Assembly (NCBI RefSeq): GCF_009914755.1
Contig: NC_060931.1
DNA length: 64,000 nt
Direction: 5' to 3' (one strand)
From: the human T2T-CHM13v2.0 reference genome, Homo sapiens
Of this stretch, positions 1 through 19,011 are shown one piece after another. Below the pieces are notes generated by a model that saw nothing but the letters and a program-made list of their open reading frames with translations, ran no database searches and was not told the origin of the DNA. How positions within the stretch are numbered: the first letter of the stretch is position 1; each line of letters starts with the position of its first letter. The position numbers were made by a program, and so were the translations under genes.

Positions 1-1057
<1,057 letters not shown>

Positions 1058-2079
1058 GGAGGTCTTTTCCAAGATGGCCAAATAGGAACAGCCCCAGTCT
1101 GTAGCTCCAATGATCGACACAGAAGACAGGTGATTTCTGCATTTCCAGCTGAGGTACCTGGTTCATCTCATTGGGACTGGTCGGGAAGTGGGTGCAGCAC
1201 ACGAAGGGCAAGCCGAAGCAGGGCAGGGCATCACCTCACCTTGGAAGCATAAAGGGTTGGGGGATTTCCCTTTCCTAGCCAAGAGAAGCCATGACAGGCT
1301 GTACCGGGAAAATCGGGACACTGCCACATAAACACTGCTCTTTTCCAACAGTCTTAGCAAATGGCAACACCAGGAGATTATATCCCACACCTGGCTCAGC
1401 AGGTCCCACACCCACAGAGCCTTGCTCACTGCTATTCCGAGATCTAACTGCGAGGCGGCAAGCCATGCTGGGGGAGGGGCATCTGCCATTGCTGAGTAGG
1501 TAAACAAAACGGCTGGGAAGCTCAAACTGGGTGGAGCCCACCACAGCTCAACAAGGCCCCCCTGCTTCTGTAGACTCCACCTCTGGGGGCAGGGCATAGC
1601 TGAACAAAAGGCCACAGAAACTTCTGCAGACTTTGATGTCCCTGTCCGACAGCTCTGAAGAGAGCAGTGGTTCTCCCAGCATGGTGTTTGAGCTCTGAGA
1701 ACGGACAGACCACCTCCTCAAGTGGGTGCCTGACCCCCATGTAGCCTAACTTGGAGACACCTCCCATTAGGGGCCGACTGACACCTCATACAGCCAGGTG
1801 CCCCTCTGAGACGAAGATTCCAGAGGAAGGACCAGGCAGCAATATTTGCTGTTCTGCAATATTTGCTGTTCTGCAGCCTCCGCTGGTGACACCCAGGCAA
1901 ATAGGGTCTGGAGTGGACCTCAAGCAAACTCCAACAGACCTGCAGCTGAGGGTCCTGTTAGAAGGAAAACTAACAAGCAGAAAGGAATAGTATCAACATC
2001 AACAAAAAAGGACATCCACACCAAAACCCCATCTGTAGGTCACCATCATCAAAGACCAAAGGTAGATAACACCACAAAG

Positions 2080-3013
2080 ATGGGGAGAAGCCAGAGCAAA
2101 AAAGCTGAAAATTCTAAAAACCAGAGCGCCCCATCTCCTCCAGAGGATTGCAGCTCCTCGCCAGCAACGGAACAAAGCAGGATGGAGAATGACTTTGACA
2201 GTTGACAGAAGTAGGCTTCAGAAAGTTGGTAATAACAAACTTCTCCCAGCTGAAGGAGGAAGTTCGAACCCATCACAAGGAAGGTAAAAACCTTGAAAAA
2301 AGATTAGATGAATGGCTAACTAGAATAAACAGTGTAGAGAAGACCTTAAATGACTTGATGGAGCTGAAAACCATGGCACGAGAACTATGTGACGCATGCA
2401 TAAGCTTCAAGTGGAAGAAAAGGTATCAGTGATTGAAGATCAAATTAATGAAATGACGCAAGTAGGGAAGTTGGGAGAAAAAAGAGTAAAAAGAAATGAA
2501 CGAAGCCTCCAAGAAATAAGAGACTGTGTGAAAACACCAAATATACGTACAATTGGTGTACCTGAAAGTGACGGGGAGAATGGAACCAAGCTGGAAAACA
2601 CTCTTCAGGATATTATCCAGGAGACCTTCCCCAACCTAGCAAGTCAAGCTAACATTCAAGTTCAGGAAACACAGAGAACACCACAAAGATACTCCTCAAG
2701 AAGAGCAACCCCAAGGCACATAATTGTCAGATTCACCAATGTTGAAATGGAGGAAAAAATGCTAAGGGCAGCCAGAGAGAAAGGTCAGGTTACCCACAAA
2801 GGAAAGCCCATCAGACTAACAGCGGATCTCTTGGCAGAAACCCTACAAGCCAGAAGAGAGTGGGGGCTAATATTCAACATTCTTAAAGAAAAGAATTTTC
2901 AACCCAGAATTTCATATCCAGCCAAACTAAGCTTCATAAGTGAAGGAGAAATGAAATCCTTTACAGACAAGCAAATGCTGACAGATTTTGTCACCACCAG
3001 ACCTGCCTTATAA
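2080..3013 (+). pseudogene. L1 ORF1p, frameshifted
   Basis: MGRSQSKKAENSKNQ... continues over three ORF-track frames to ...FVTTRPAL*. Confidence 0.92.
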
Positions 3014-3151
3014 GAGCTCCTAAAGGAAGTACTAAACATGGAAAGGAACAACTGGTACCAGCCACTGCCAAAACATGCCAAATTGTAAAGACCATCGATG
3101 CTAGGAAGAAACTGCATCAACTAACGGGCAAAATAACCAGCTAACATCATA

Positions 3152-6964
<3,813 letters not shown>

Positions 6965-7796
6965 ACAATGAGAACACTTGGACACAGGGCAGGGAACATC
7001 ACATACTGGGGCCTGTCGTGGTGTGGGAGGATGGGGGAAGGATAGCATTAGGAGAAATACCTAATGTAAATGACAAGTTAGTGGGTGCAGCAAACCAACA
7101 CGGGACATGTATACATATGTGACAAGCCTGCACCTTGTGCACATGTACCCTAGAACTTAATGTATAATAAAAATAAAATAAAAAATAAATAAACCATTAA
7201 GAGTACCTGAAGACAACATAGAATGGGAAGATCTTTTTAACTGACTCAAAATCCTAAGCATAAGAAAGGATGTATTTTCATACTGAATGCTCATATTTTT
7301 GGCACTGTCTGATAATTATGGTAATTAAGTTGGAATTTACATTAAAATGGGAAACCGTTTTTATATCAGCTGTTCCACTTAGAGGTCTTTTAAGCGTAGT
7401 TCTAGTTTCAAAACCAATTTGTCAATATTGCCAGAAGTTTTTCAGATAGACTGGTGGAGCTTTATATACAAATGTCAGATTAGAATGCACTTAAAAATGA
7501 AACACTTTCCAAAGATATTATTTGGAAAGAATGGTTCCTTGTGATTACTTCATAATATTATGCTTTACATTTTAATATATCCCTATAAACAATAATTTTA
7601 AACTACCCCCACATCTTTCCATAATGCAGATAAGGTCTCCAGAGGACACATGAGAAATAGGGCATGTCTTTGAGAAGATTTATTACTGGTCACACAAGCA
7701 CAATTATTTAATCTTTACAGATTGGTTGGCTATAAAGCAGAAAATAATTTGCATATTAATATGGGGAGATGTTTTCATCTGTGTTTTCTTTTGAAG

Positions 7797-7931
7797 TGCA
7801 AGTATGACTTTTGCTGGATTTGCCTTGAAGAGTGGAAAAAACATAGTTCGTCCACTGGAGGTTATTACAGATGTACTCGCTATGAAGTCATTCAACACGT
7901 GGAGGAGCAATCCAAGGAAATGACTGTGGAG
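7797..7931 (+). CDS. ANKIB1: ANKIB1 internal exon (C-terminal half of RING2/Rcat)
   Basis: ttttgaag|TGC...GAG|gtaaag; 135 nt, [26 protein letters not shown]...EMTVE, Ariadne-type RBR motif. Confidence 0.95.
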
Positions 7932-8239
7932 GTAAAGAGAACCAATTAAGCCAAGACATCTCTCTAAACCGCTCACTGCCACTGGAATTATTTTGCATTT
8001 CTTTTTCTATTTTCATCTTAATAAAGTATTAAATTGAATATACTTTATTATAGCCTTTAATTTCAACAAAACAGCTCTGTAAACTTGAGAGCTTTTTCCC
8101 TTTTACATTTTCCTTTTTTTAATTTTGGTGGAGATCTGTATGAAAAGTCTGATATATCCCAGCCTACCTCTGTAAATACTTAAAAACAATTTTAACATTA
8201 ATATCAACAATGCAGTATTACATTATACTGTACAGGAAG

Positions 8240-8610
8240 TGTCTTAGTCTGCTCAGCTGCCATAGAAAATACATAGACTGGGTGGCTTACCAGAAATTTA
8301 TTTTTCACAGTTGTAGAGGTTGTGAAGTCCAAAGTCAAGGTGCTGGCCAATTTGGTTCTTGATGAGGGTTCTCTTGGTTTGCAGACAGCCACCCTCTCAC
8401 TATGTCCTTAGGTGGCCAGAAAAGACAGAGAGACCTCTGGTGCCCCTTCCTCTTCTTTTAAGAGTACCAACCCTATCAGAATAGGGCCCCACCCTGATGA
8501 CCTTATTTAACCTTTATCACCTTCTCACAGGTCCTGTCTTCAAATACAGTCACATAGAGGGTAGGGCTTCAAAATATTAATTTTAGGGGGAATACCATTA
8601 GTCCATAGCA
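8240..8610 (-). mobile_element. MaLR LTR (MLT1A/MST-like)
   Basis: tgtcttagtc...gaaatttatttttcacagtt...gtcaaggtgctggc typical of a reverse-oriented MaLR LTR. Confidence 0.7.
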
Positions 8611-8641
8611 AAAAGCCATGTAATAAAACATTGAAGGCCTT

Positions 8642-8936
8642 GGCCTTCAATGTGGCTCATGCTTTTAATCCCAGCACTTTTGGGAGGCCGAGGCAGGCAG
8701 ATCACTTGAGGTCAGGAGTTCAAGACCAGCCTGGCCAACATGGTAAAACCCCATCTCTACTAAAAATACAAAAATTACCCAGGCATGGTGGTGGGCTCCT
8801 GTAATCCCAGCTACTCAGGAGGCTGAGACAGGAAAATCAGTTGAACCTGGGAGGCGGAGGTTTGTGTGAGCTCAGATTGCACCACTGCACTCCAGCCTGG
8901 GAGACACAGCGAGACTCCGTCTCAAAAAAAAAAAAA
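8642..8936 (+). mobile_element. Alu (AluS-like) with altered 5' end
   Basis: Dimer plus A tail. Confidence 0.93.
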
Positions 8937-9085
8937 CAAGTATTGTTTTTCTGTCAAGAAAATAATTCGCAAATCTGAATGCACTACTACCTATCACTAA
9001 TAAAACTTTTAAATGATTCCCCCAAAAAACTATTTTAGTAGCTACTAGTTTTTATAAAAGTCATTTGTGGACTTTTGTTTTCTAG

Positions 9086-9172
9086 GCTGAGAAAAAACAC
9101 AAACGATTTCAGGAACTTGACAGATTTATGCACTATTATACAAGATTTAAAAACCATGAGCATAGTTATCAG
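9086..9172 (+). CDS. ANKIB1: ANKIB1 internal exon (Ariadne domain)
   Basis: tctag|GCT...CAG|gtatgt; 87 nt, [29 protein letters not shown]; phase matches neighbours. Confidence 0.95.
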
Positions 9173-9262
9173 GTATGTCCCAAATCATTTCAAATGAGCT
9201 GACCTATACTGTTGTGAATAAATAAAGAGAATGGTTTAAATTCTTTATTTCTATTCCTTTAG

Positions 9263-9329
9263 CTAGAACAACGCCTTCTTAAAACAGCCAAAGAAAAGAT
9301 GGAGCAATTGAGCAGAGCTCTCAAAGAAA
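9263..9329 (+). CDS. ANKIB1: ANKIB1 internal exon
   Basis: ctttag|CTA...GAAA|gtaagt; 67 nt, LEQRLLKTAKEKMEQLSRALKE; follows a 90-nt intron. Confidence 0.93.
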
Positions 9330-11258
9330 GTAAGTTATAAGTTGTATGTGTGATAATTAATATAAAATATCTTTCCATGCTTGTCATTTCACTAGTAGGT
9401 TAGGCCCTGAAAGGAATACATTATGTTCATTAGCTTGTTCTGGTACTGTTTTGAGTTCTTTGAAGCCCTGAGTGCAGCTTAGCAGATGAGGCCTCTGTGA
9501 TTGGATTTTCTACCCAGCACCTAGCCTCCTCCTCTTGATGCAGCCTGTGGTGTTATGAGATAAAAACACTTCATGATTTTGCTTACTCTGTGTCACTGCT
9601 GATGCTCTACAATGTTGGGAAAAGTGGATGGGTACTAAAGGACATCACTGACTTAGTCAGAGGAGCAAGATACACGTGCTACCCAATTGTCATGTAACTG
9701 AATACCCAAAAATTATTGAGAAAATTTAACAGAGTGCCTAAGGGCGTGGAAGTCAATAACAGTTTGGGAAGAAATCATTTCACTGGTAAATAATGAACAT
9801 TGGGGTCAAAAAGCGAAGCCATGAGGTGGAGCTAACGTATAGGTCCTAAATTATAAGTTAGAATATTCCAAAATATGGATTGAGTATTGACAACATCATT
9901 AGAATATAATAACCCACAACGACCACACAGAGTGCAGGTTCTGGTATGTTTGTTTTAAAAAGTCACCTTTTAAAAATAATAGCTCACATATGAAAAGTAC
10001 ATTTTAAGGTGAAAAATGTGATGTTATACTTGGGTTGCTCCAGTTTATCAAAATAATGAATATTAAAATCCTTTTCATTAGGATAATTCCCTAGTCAAGA
10101 CAATACCATAAGTTAAATGGAGTGGGGGAGAATATGTCAATAGCAGTATAGCCTGCTTGTTAATTATTAGTTCTTAGACTTCATTAATGATATAACTATA
10201 TTAGGCAATATCAAACTCTTGAAGTATTGTCCACAGTATAAATTGAGAGGAAAAAAGTCCTCACAAGTCGTACAGCTCTTCAGCAGGGATTTTTGTCTGG
10301 TCACTAATACATCCCTAGTGCTTCCAGCTGTGCCTGACCCTTAACAACATTCAATATTTGTAGATGTGAATTATTGCTTCTATTCAACATTCTGGAGGTT
10401 CCAGGCAGCATAATAAATTAGGGGAAAAAAACAAAAAGATACAGCAATTGCAAAGGAAGAAGCAAAACTTCACACATTTCTCACATAAGTCAGAAATCTC
10501 AGGGTCGTCTGTCAGTTTGTGTACACATACTGAATTTCTTTCTACAGGTATCCAAAATAATCTGAGTTTCTGCAGTATTTGCAAAGTTAGATTCTCATGC
10601 TTAATTTCTGGTTTTTTTCTGGTTTTGTTTTTTTTTTGGCAGTTAAGTGAAAACCTAGACTGTTATAATGATGTTCTTAAAACAAAGAGTCTCAGATATT
10701 AAGGCAATTTAGTCTTCCATCTTCCTCATTCTTCCTCCCCTTCTTTCTTTGGATTTTTTATTAACTAGGATTAGTTATCTAGTTGTTTGCCAGAATGTTG
10801 TATCTTTTTCCTTACGGTATTGGTTTTGCATAATTAGGCTCTTTTTATAAGCAACTTAGAAAAGGCATTTGTTCTCATTCTTAACCAGGGAAATTCTGCT
10901 AGGGATAATCTGAAAAAGTAAAGCCTAGAACCTTTTGGTTGACCTAAAGCTAGATTTGCTTACCAATGGAGTGAGACCAGAATCCAAGATGAGTATGTGC
11001 ATTCCTTTATGACTACCATCAGTGTTCCTGGGCTGCTGGGGCATATGCTTCTTTTATAAACACATACATGTCACACATGAGTATTTTATGTAGGTTTTTA
11101 GTTTGGTTCAAATAAGTATTTTCATACAGTTACTTAAAACAGTTTTTGTCCTAATGATCCTTCTTTTTCCTTTTTTGAGAAAAAAAATCATTGTTTAATT
11201 AATATTATAAATGGCATATTTGCAAAAACAAATTCACTGTGCCTCAATTACTTTTTAG

Positions 11259-11404
11259 CTGAAGGAGGCTGTCCAGATACCACTTTCATTGAAGATGCAG
11301 TTCATGTGCTCTTAAAAACTCGGCGCATTCTCAAGTGTTCTTATCCATATGGATTTTTCTTGGAACCTAAAAGCACAAAGAAAGAAATTTTTGAACTAAT
11401 GCAA
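11259..11404 (+). CDS. ANKIB1: ANKIB1 internal exon (Ariadne domain)
   Basis: ttttag|CT...CAA|gtaaga; 146 nt, [35 protein letters not shown]...FELMQ. Confidence 0.95.
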
Positions 11405-12453
11405 GTAAGATTTTTTTAATTACATTTAAATGGCAGCAGTTATTATGAAATACAGAATTTTTCATTTTTGAAACCACTTGTTTTATTTAATGTGGACATG
11501 ATTACTAAAACAATTTTCTTTTCATTTTTTAAATGGTTTTTAAATAAAGGAAAAGTTACCAGTAACAAATTGAAATTTTCTTTTTGTTTAAATTTGTCAC
11601 TCTGCAGGTCTGAATGAGTTATGAGTGGTGCAAACATTTCCTGTAGCATTTATGTCTTTGTTTTAAACTGGTTGAAGTTTGAAATCAGGCATATTTCTGA
11701 TTATATAATTAAGGATTTTATCATGAAAGATGAAAACAACCCACATTACCTATAAGATGAGAAAGTTGCTGTTTACCAGTTTATTTTTGAAATACAACTG
11801 AAAAAGTTACAGTATTTAAAAAACAAAAACACCTAAGCCAATTGGCATCACTATAGCCAAATAACTTCATTGTGCATTTCTTTTCTTTTGAAGCCACTAA
11901 ACTTTCTCCTGTTACAGTTTTCATGTCATCCCTTGAACTGTCCTCTGCTAATTTATATCCTACATTTCTGTCAAGGATCAGTATTCATTTTCTCCGTAAA
12001 GCCTTCCACACTTGACCCCAATCACTGTCGTCTTGCCTTAATTCAAATTCCTTCAGCACTTTTATATAGTCTGCACTATGGCATCATGCATTTGCTTGTA
12101 TGGTGCATTGAAATGTATTAGTTTTTTTCACATAGACAAATTATAAATTCCTTGTAAACAGCTGCTATACTCACTACTTCTTTGTAATCTATACCAATTT
12201 CATTTCTATAAATGCCTATCAAATGAGCGCTTTTTTAAAAATTCACATGATTTTATATACAGTCCTTTCTCTTTCATAATCTAGAAAACATGTACAAAAT
12301 AGAAAATATATTACATAGGAAGTTATTTCAAAATTTTAACTAGTTTCTTACTTCAAAAGAGTTAGATTTAACTGAGAAACCACATAGACCCTGGATTTGC
12401 TATTGATTAACCTATGAAGCCTGTGATTTTTTTTTTTTCTCTGCTTACTATAG

Positions 12454-12632
12454 ACAGACCTAGAAATGGTCACTGAAGACCTTGCCCAGAAAGTCAATAG
12501 GCCTTACCTTCGCACACCCCGCCACAAGATCATCAAAGCAGCATGCCTTGTACAGCAGAAGAGGCAAGAATTCCTGGCATCTGTGGCTCGGGGAGTAGCT
12601 CCTGCAGACTCACCAGAAGCTCCAAGGCGCAG
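12454..12632 (+). CDS. ANKIB1: ANKIB1 internal exon
   Basis: tatag|ACA...AG|gtaaaa; 179 nt, [27 protein letters not shown]...PEAPRR. Confidence 0.94.
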
Positions 12633-13528
12633 GTAAAAAGGACGTACACTGTGGAAATCATCCTAGCTCCAGCCACAAATACCAGCAGTTTTGTTTTTTA
12701 TCCAACTAGGGTTCATATTCCTGGAAATTATTTACACCTAAAATATGGATAGCTCATAAAAGTATGTTGACTTTTTTTGGTGATTTTTTTTTTCCTCCAT
12801 GCTATTTCTGTTTTTCTTGTTATTTTTTGTTTATTTATCATTGTGTAGCTCCTTAGACTAAATTAACCTAGGTTAATTTCACATTTCAGGTGAACTCATA
12901 AATAAGAGTATTCTAATGTATCATTTCAAATATGTAATATATATAGTGATTTGATAGTTATAAACATCTTACGATGTAGAATTTGGAAACTTTGCCAGCT
13001 TGTTATGGTCATATTTGTATTTTTGTATTAAGAAGTTGTGAAGGAAAGAGAAATTTGATATTTGTAGTTATTTAAGTGATAAACCCATCCACTAAAGATC
13101 AGTTGAGTTGTAGTTGTTTTATTTTACATACTCATACTACTTCTGTAAATTGAAGCATACTTTCCTATTTATAATAACTATAAGCATTAAACATTCCTTT
13201 GGCACTATTTTACATAAATTCCTTTGATCCTATTTTTACATAATATTTATGAGTAAATATTTACTTGTAAAATACAAATAGAAGCATTATAAAATACTTT
13301 GTTATAACATGGTAATTTTTATTTTTTGATCATTTTACACAAACATAAAAACTTAGAATTTGGAAGAAAGGAAAATTATCATTTTAATTCTGTTTTAATA
13401 GTTGATCTACTTTAGTTAAGCAAGTTCCAACAGAGGAATTCAAAGTAATGTTCAAAGGGCAAGGATCTGATTGTATATACTTTGTAGTATTGATATTAAA
13501 TCAAATGGTATGTCTAATTTCTTTGTAG

Positions 13529-13580
13529 CTTTGCTGGTGGAACATGGGATTGGGAATATTTAGGATTTGCATCACCAGAG
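13529..13580 (+). CDS. ANKIB1: ANKIB1 internal exon
   Basis: ttgtag|C...GAG|gtaatt; 52 nt, [18 protein letters not shown]; phases 2/0 fit. Confidence 0.92.
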
Positions 13581-16500
13581 GTAATTGTTTTATGGGGTTT
13601 TTGTTTTTGTATTTTTTCTTAGTGCAGTCGTGCTTGCATTTGCATCCTTATCTATTCTAAATCCTTCTGAGATTATCAGCAGTGCTGTCTCTTTCTTTTG
13701 TAACAAAAATGCCTTGACAGAGCCTACATTTAGCTATTTATGTGGTATTGCTATATCGTCACATTGTTAAATGCATTACTCTTTTATTGTTTTTAATTAC
13801 TGAATAGTCAGAATTAAGGCAAATTTACAATATACATTTTTGGAAAATATCTTCTAATTTGTTAATAGAGAGAATTTATTAGAAATGCATTTCTAGTCAT
13901 AATATTGTTTTAATCTGAAACTATTAAAAATATAAAAGAACAATCCATTTTTTAAGGTTAATGCAACAACCTGAGGGAACTGATTTATAATCAGTTGCTA
14001 AGGTGGAAAACTTGACTTTAATAATGTATATGCAGAAAGAAATGCTTTGCTTAGTTGCTTTCTGCTTATCTTTAAGACTTTCACACTCTTCTTGTTTTTT
14101 TGTTGTCATTATTAATATACCGTTTTGAAATACAGAAGGTCTAAATTACTAACACTACAGATAGCAGTTGTGGCAAATAAAAATAAGACAGAGTGAAACT
14201 CTTAATCACATAGCTGTTTTCTGAGATTTAAATTGCCACTGTCACTGTTGAGTCTGATTTTAAAATGGTTTCAGCAGTTCTCTCTACTTCTCTCTTTCCA
14301 TCCTTGCTCTTTATTAAACAGTATTTGATGCCTATAATATGATAACCCTTCAACTTAATTTTTGGAAGGGTACAGAACAAATGAGGAAATCTTTGTTTGT
14401 AATGTATAACCCATTTGTTACCTGCAACTGAAAGACAATGAAATTGATTATTATCCAGGCATGACTGTGGCTTATTTAAATCAGATACTTTCTCTTTTCA
14501 GCTGCTGAAGATACTTGCAATCACCTGTGGCTTTTGTATTGGTAGATACATCCAAGAAAATATTGACTTGAAAAAAATTGTGCTTAGAGCCCTGATCTGG
14601 ACATTTTAAATTCACTTAAATTGTTTTAAAAATTGTGATATATTAATGAAATTTTTATTTTAAAACTAATTATGAACCTTTATCTGATCCTGTATTTATT
14701 ATTTCAATGTTATAATACATTTACAACTTCGGGGATATTGTGGTAAACTTCCACCTAAAAGGAAGAATAAGCAAACTGAAATTATAAAAGAAAAAAAAAT
14801 ACTAATGATTTCCGTGTTTTAAGGTAGAAACACAGTTTAGCAAAAATAAATAAAACCTTTGTCAGTGTATTCACAAGCATGTATGTGTATCATCTTGCAG
14901 CTTCTGGCTCTGACAGAAACTTTAGGAATCCTGAAATATTTGTCCTTGAATATTGAGGGCCTACTAATATGAGTGTCACTTTGTTTTTTATGAATTGATA
15001 ATTTTTTAGAAATTACTTACTTTTAGTTTTCTTTAGTCTTTGACACATTGAAACACTAGGCTTTTACGTAAACCTTATTGCAGATATAAAGAATTACTGC
15101 ACATTGTGAGACTTTCAAATTCTGCATGTGTATGACTATCGAGTAACTGCCAAAGTTATATTTTTGAAAAATAGCTCTTTGCCTTAATAGTGAGGGAAAA
15201 AACAAGGTTACCAACTCCAGTAGACTTAGATTGAACTTATATTTTTTTCAGTGAAGTTAATTTCATCTTACTCTTTTTAATGTAAATTGAGTCTGGCAAG
15301 CATAAAGGTTTGTTTTATGCTACTTTAAAGGCAGTGCAGCTCAGTGGAAATAGCATAAAGTCTGAGGAACACCTGAATTCAAGTTCTAAGTGTAACTTAC
15401 TAGATCCTAGGCTATGTTCTTTCTTAATTTCTCATCTTTACAATGTGGATGGTGATACCCCATGGAAGTTCTAGAAGGATTAAAGCATCTCATTTAGCCA
15501 CTGACAAAATTGTTGGAATTATTACTTAAAACAGCTCCTTATAGCTTTTCCCTCTGTAAATCCTAGAACTTTTTAGTCTTTTCTGTATCCTTAACATTCT
15601 CAAACCATTTGGAGTATACTGACTAAACCCTTTTCATATACATTCTTGAAGATCTTAGGAATCCTTGGAAATTTTCAAATAAATTTTATGAGAACAATAT
15701 ATTTAAGCCTGTTGCATCATGAGAGAATGCCATCTGAGAGTTTTCTGTCAGACGATTAGATATACAAGTTTCTTTTGCAGTTGCTTTTAAACGGTTTCAT
15801 TTTCTTAAATTGGAAATATGTATAGTCTATGGTCAGTAATAGTTTAATTCATAACTTTGTACCATTATCAAGTTTACAAAGTAAGCAAATTATCCCTAAT
15901 ATAAAACTTGAATTGAGATAAAATTTTCACACCATCTTTGTCTAAGAAATCTAGTTGGTGTTCCTCACTGGTCTGTTGAGCCTTGACGACACTTAAGTCA
16001 TCAGTTTGAGGTCATGGGCCTCTAGGAGAAGAGGAAATGATGTCCCACCTCAGCAAGGCATTTTAAAGAACCAGTATAAACCCTCAGGGCACTTGGAGTA
16101 TCTTTCATTTATTAGTTTCTAACCTAACAGGATGCCTCCCACTTCTTAAGAGTCCAACTGCTTATATAAATAAAGGAGTTTAAATAAATGTCACCAGAGT
16201 GGTATGATGTGAAAGTTTTATTTGTGATCCAAAATTTGTCTTCACCTACTTCTAGTACTTTCACAATATAAGCATATTGAATATTCTAGGGTAACCAGGA
16301 TAATCATAAAGTTGAATATCTTAGTGTTTATCATGGAAAGACACCATAATGATTCTCTAAATTAGCCTTTTTATGTTGGTATCATGTACCCTGGCCTCCT
16401 CTCTTCTCTTCCCTTCTCTTTTATTCTCTTCTCTTCTGTCACATTTATACCCAGGTAATAGCGATGGTCCCAGGTTGTACCCTCTGGTGATAACAAACTA

Positions 16501-16762
16501 ACTTTAAACATTGTCACAAATGTGGAATAGGCTGAGGACATCTGCCTAAGTCTGTGTTCATCCCATATGCTAAATAGAAAACATTTCCCCTGCTTGTGTT
16601 GTAAATAGCACCACATATTGGCTTATATAGAAAAGAAGCTAAATAATCATCTTATTTTAAAGCTAACCTAACATTTGTCTTTTAATCTAGTCATTTGATT
16701 TGTGAATATGATATGTAGTAGTCCCAAAGAATAGAAAATCCAACAATCTGGCAAGTACTTAA

Positions 16763-17127
<365 letters not shown>

Positions 17128-17167
17128 CTGGTCACGTTTTTAAAGCCACTTTCATATCCAGTTTCAA

Positions 17168-17299
17168 TGGCTCACACCTGTAATCCCAGCTACTTAGGAG
17201 GCCGAGCAGTAGGGATTGCTTGAGGCCAGAAGTTCAAGACCAGCCTAAGCAACATAGCAAGACTCTGACTCTAAAAATAAAAAAATAAAAAATAAAAAA
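17168..17299 (+). mobile_element. Alu monomer (FLAM-like)
   Basis: Single arm with (AAAAAT)n tail. Confidence 0.8.
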
Positions 17300-17653
17300 C
17301 CTCCCTTCAAGGAAAGCCTTACTTAAATGAGTAATATGGTTGTAGTATTAATTAGATAACAAGATCCTTGAAATCATCAGGCATATAAAATAGGGCTGTT
17401 CTAATGTAGCACTGGGGCTTGCAAGTATTCCTAATTTATCTAGGCAATTGTAATGACTGTTGAAAACTTTCTTTTTCCATTTTACCTTTTGTGTTTCCTT
17501 GGCATGGCAAAACCTGATGTTTCAGCCAAGTGATTTTATAAGATGTGTATAAAATCACAAACTTTTTCCCCTGGAAAAAAGTGTGTACTTTGTTTTATTT
17601 GCATTTTAAAAATTGCATGCTCTCTTGTATTTTATAACCTTTGGTTTATGCAG

Positions 17654-17765
17654 GAATATGCTGAATTTCAGTATCGGAGGAGGCACAGACAACGTCGTCG
17701 AGGAGATGTTCACAGTCTACTCAGTAATCCTCCAGACCCTGATGAGCCAAGTGAAAGCACTTTAG
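17654..17765 (+). CDS. ANKIB1: ANKIB1 internal exon (Arg-rich)
   Basis: atgcag|GAA...TTAG|gtaagt; 112 nt, [37 protein letters not shown]. Confidence 0.94.
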
Positions 17766-17914
17766 GTAAGTCCTTGCATTGAGTATGGTTTAATCTCATA
17801 GCTCCCCTGAATTTATCCTTCAAACTGGCTGATGTAAATTTTTGTGAACGAGTTTGTCATTTAGATATACAATAAATATGCAGATGTTTCTGTTGTGACA
17901 GGACACAGAAAATC

Positions 17915-18145
17915 AGAGGAGTTAGGAGCATGGTCTGTGGAGTTAGGCAAACTTGGATTCATGACCCCATCTCTGCTGCATATTAGCTGTGTAACCTAGT
18001 CAGGTCACAACCTCTCTAAGGTTGTTTCCATATTCTAAAGACACAATAATAATAGTGCCACCTTATAGGCTCATTGTGAGTATTAAATTAGATAATGCAT
18101 CTAAAACACTTAAGCACCTAGTGAAGCACTCAGTTAATTGTAGTA
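17915..18145 (+). mobile_element. MIR SINE
   Basis: tattagctgtgtaacctag...cacaacctctctaag...cattgtgagtattaaattagataat resembles the MIR core. Confidence 0.7.
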
Positions 18146-18494
18146 TTGATTGATACTGTTTTGTGTTCATGGAATATTTGTCTCCTAGCCTTAGTTGTCC
18201 TGTAGACATTATTTAAAAGAGAGAGAATTTCTGGCATTAGAGATAAATTATTTTAATTATTCAACTTTTAAATGTTAAATTATTAAGTGAAAATCTTCTG
18301 ACTATAATGTCAGGATCAATGGGACTAAAGATTTGCTCTTCAGACTATTGTAATTCCCAAATTATTTAATTTTAAGAAATCTAAAAATGAAAAACGTTTA
18401 TTAGTTATTGCTTAACAAAAAAAGAGAAATGGATAGTAGCACTTGCATTTATGAATAGAACTATATAGACTGCAAGCAAAAGTGTAAAAAAGTC

Positions 18495-18788
<294 letters not shown>

Positions 18789-19011
18789 GTAAAAAGTTAC
18801 GGATTTGAAGTGATAGTATCATATATATATTATTCTTCATGGTAAGACAAATATGGATGAGAAATCCCAGAAAGATTAAGTGAACATGTCAACACAGGTT
18901 TTCCCCAGCACTGAAAGAGAAATTGCCCATCTAAACAACCAGATGTATGAAAAAAATAAATAAGTCTTATTTGTCACTAAATTGTCTTTGGTACCAATTG
19001 CTTTGAAACAG

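Noticed and set aside
1839-1876. 17-bp tandem duplication gcaatatttgctgttct in the L1 5' UTR
   Set aside because: As I recall, L1PA 5' UTR consensus sequences have a similar doublet, so it is not locus-specific.
14490-14610. Acceptor-like tttctcttttcag followed by a short open frame in an ANKIB1 intron
   Set aside because: No convincing donor, and the flanking exons already join in phase.
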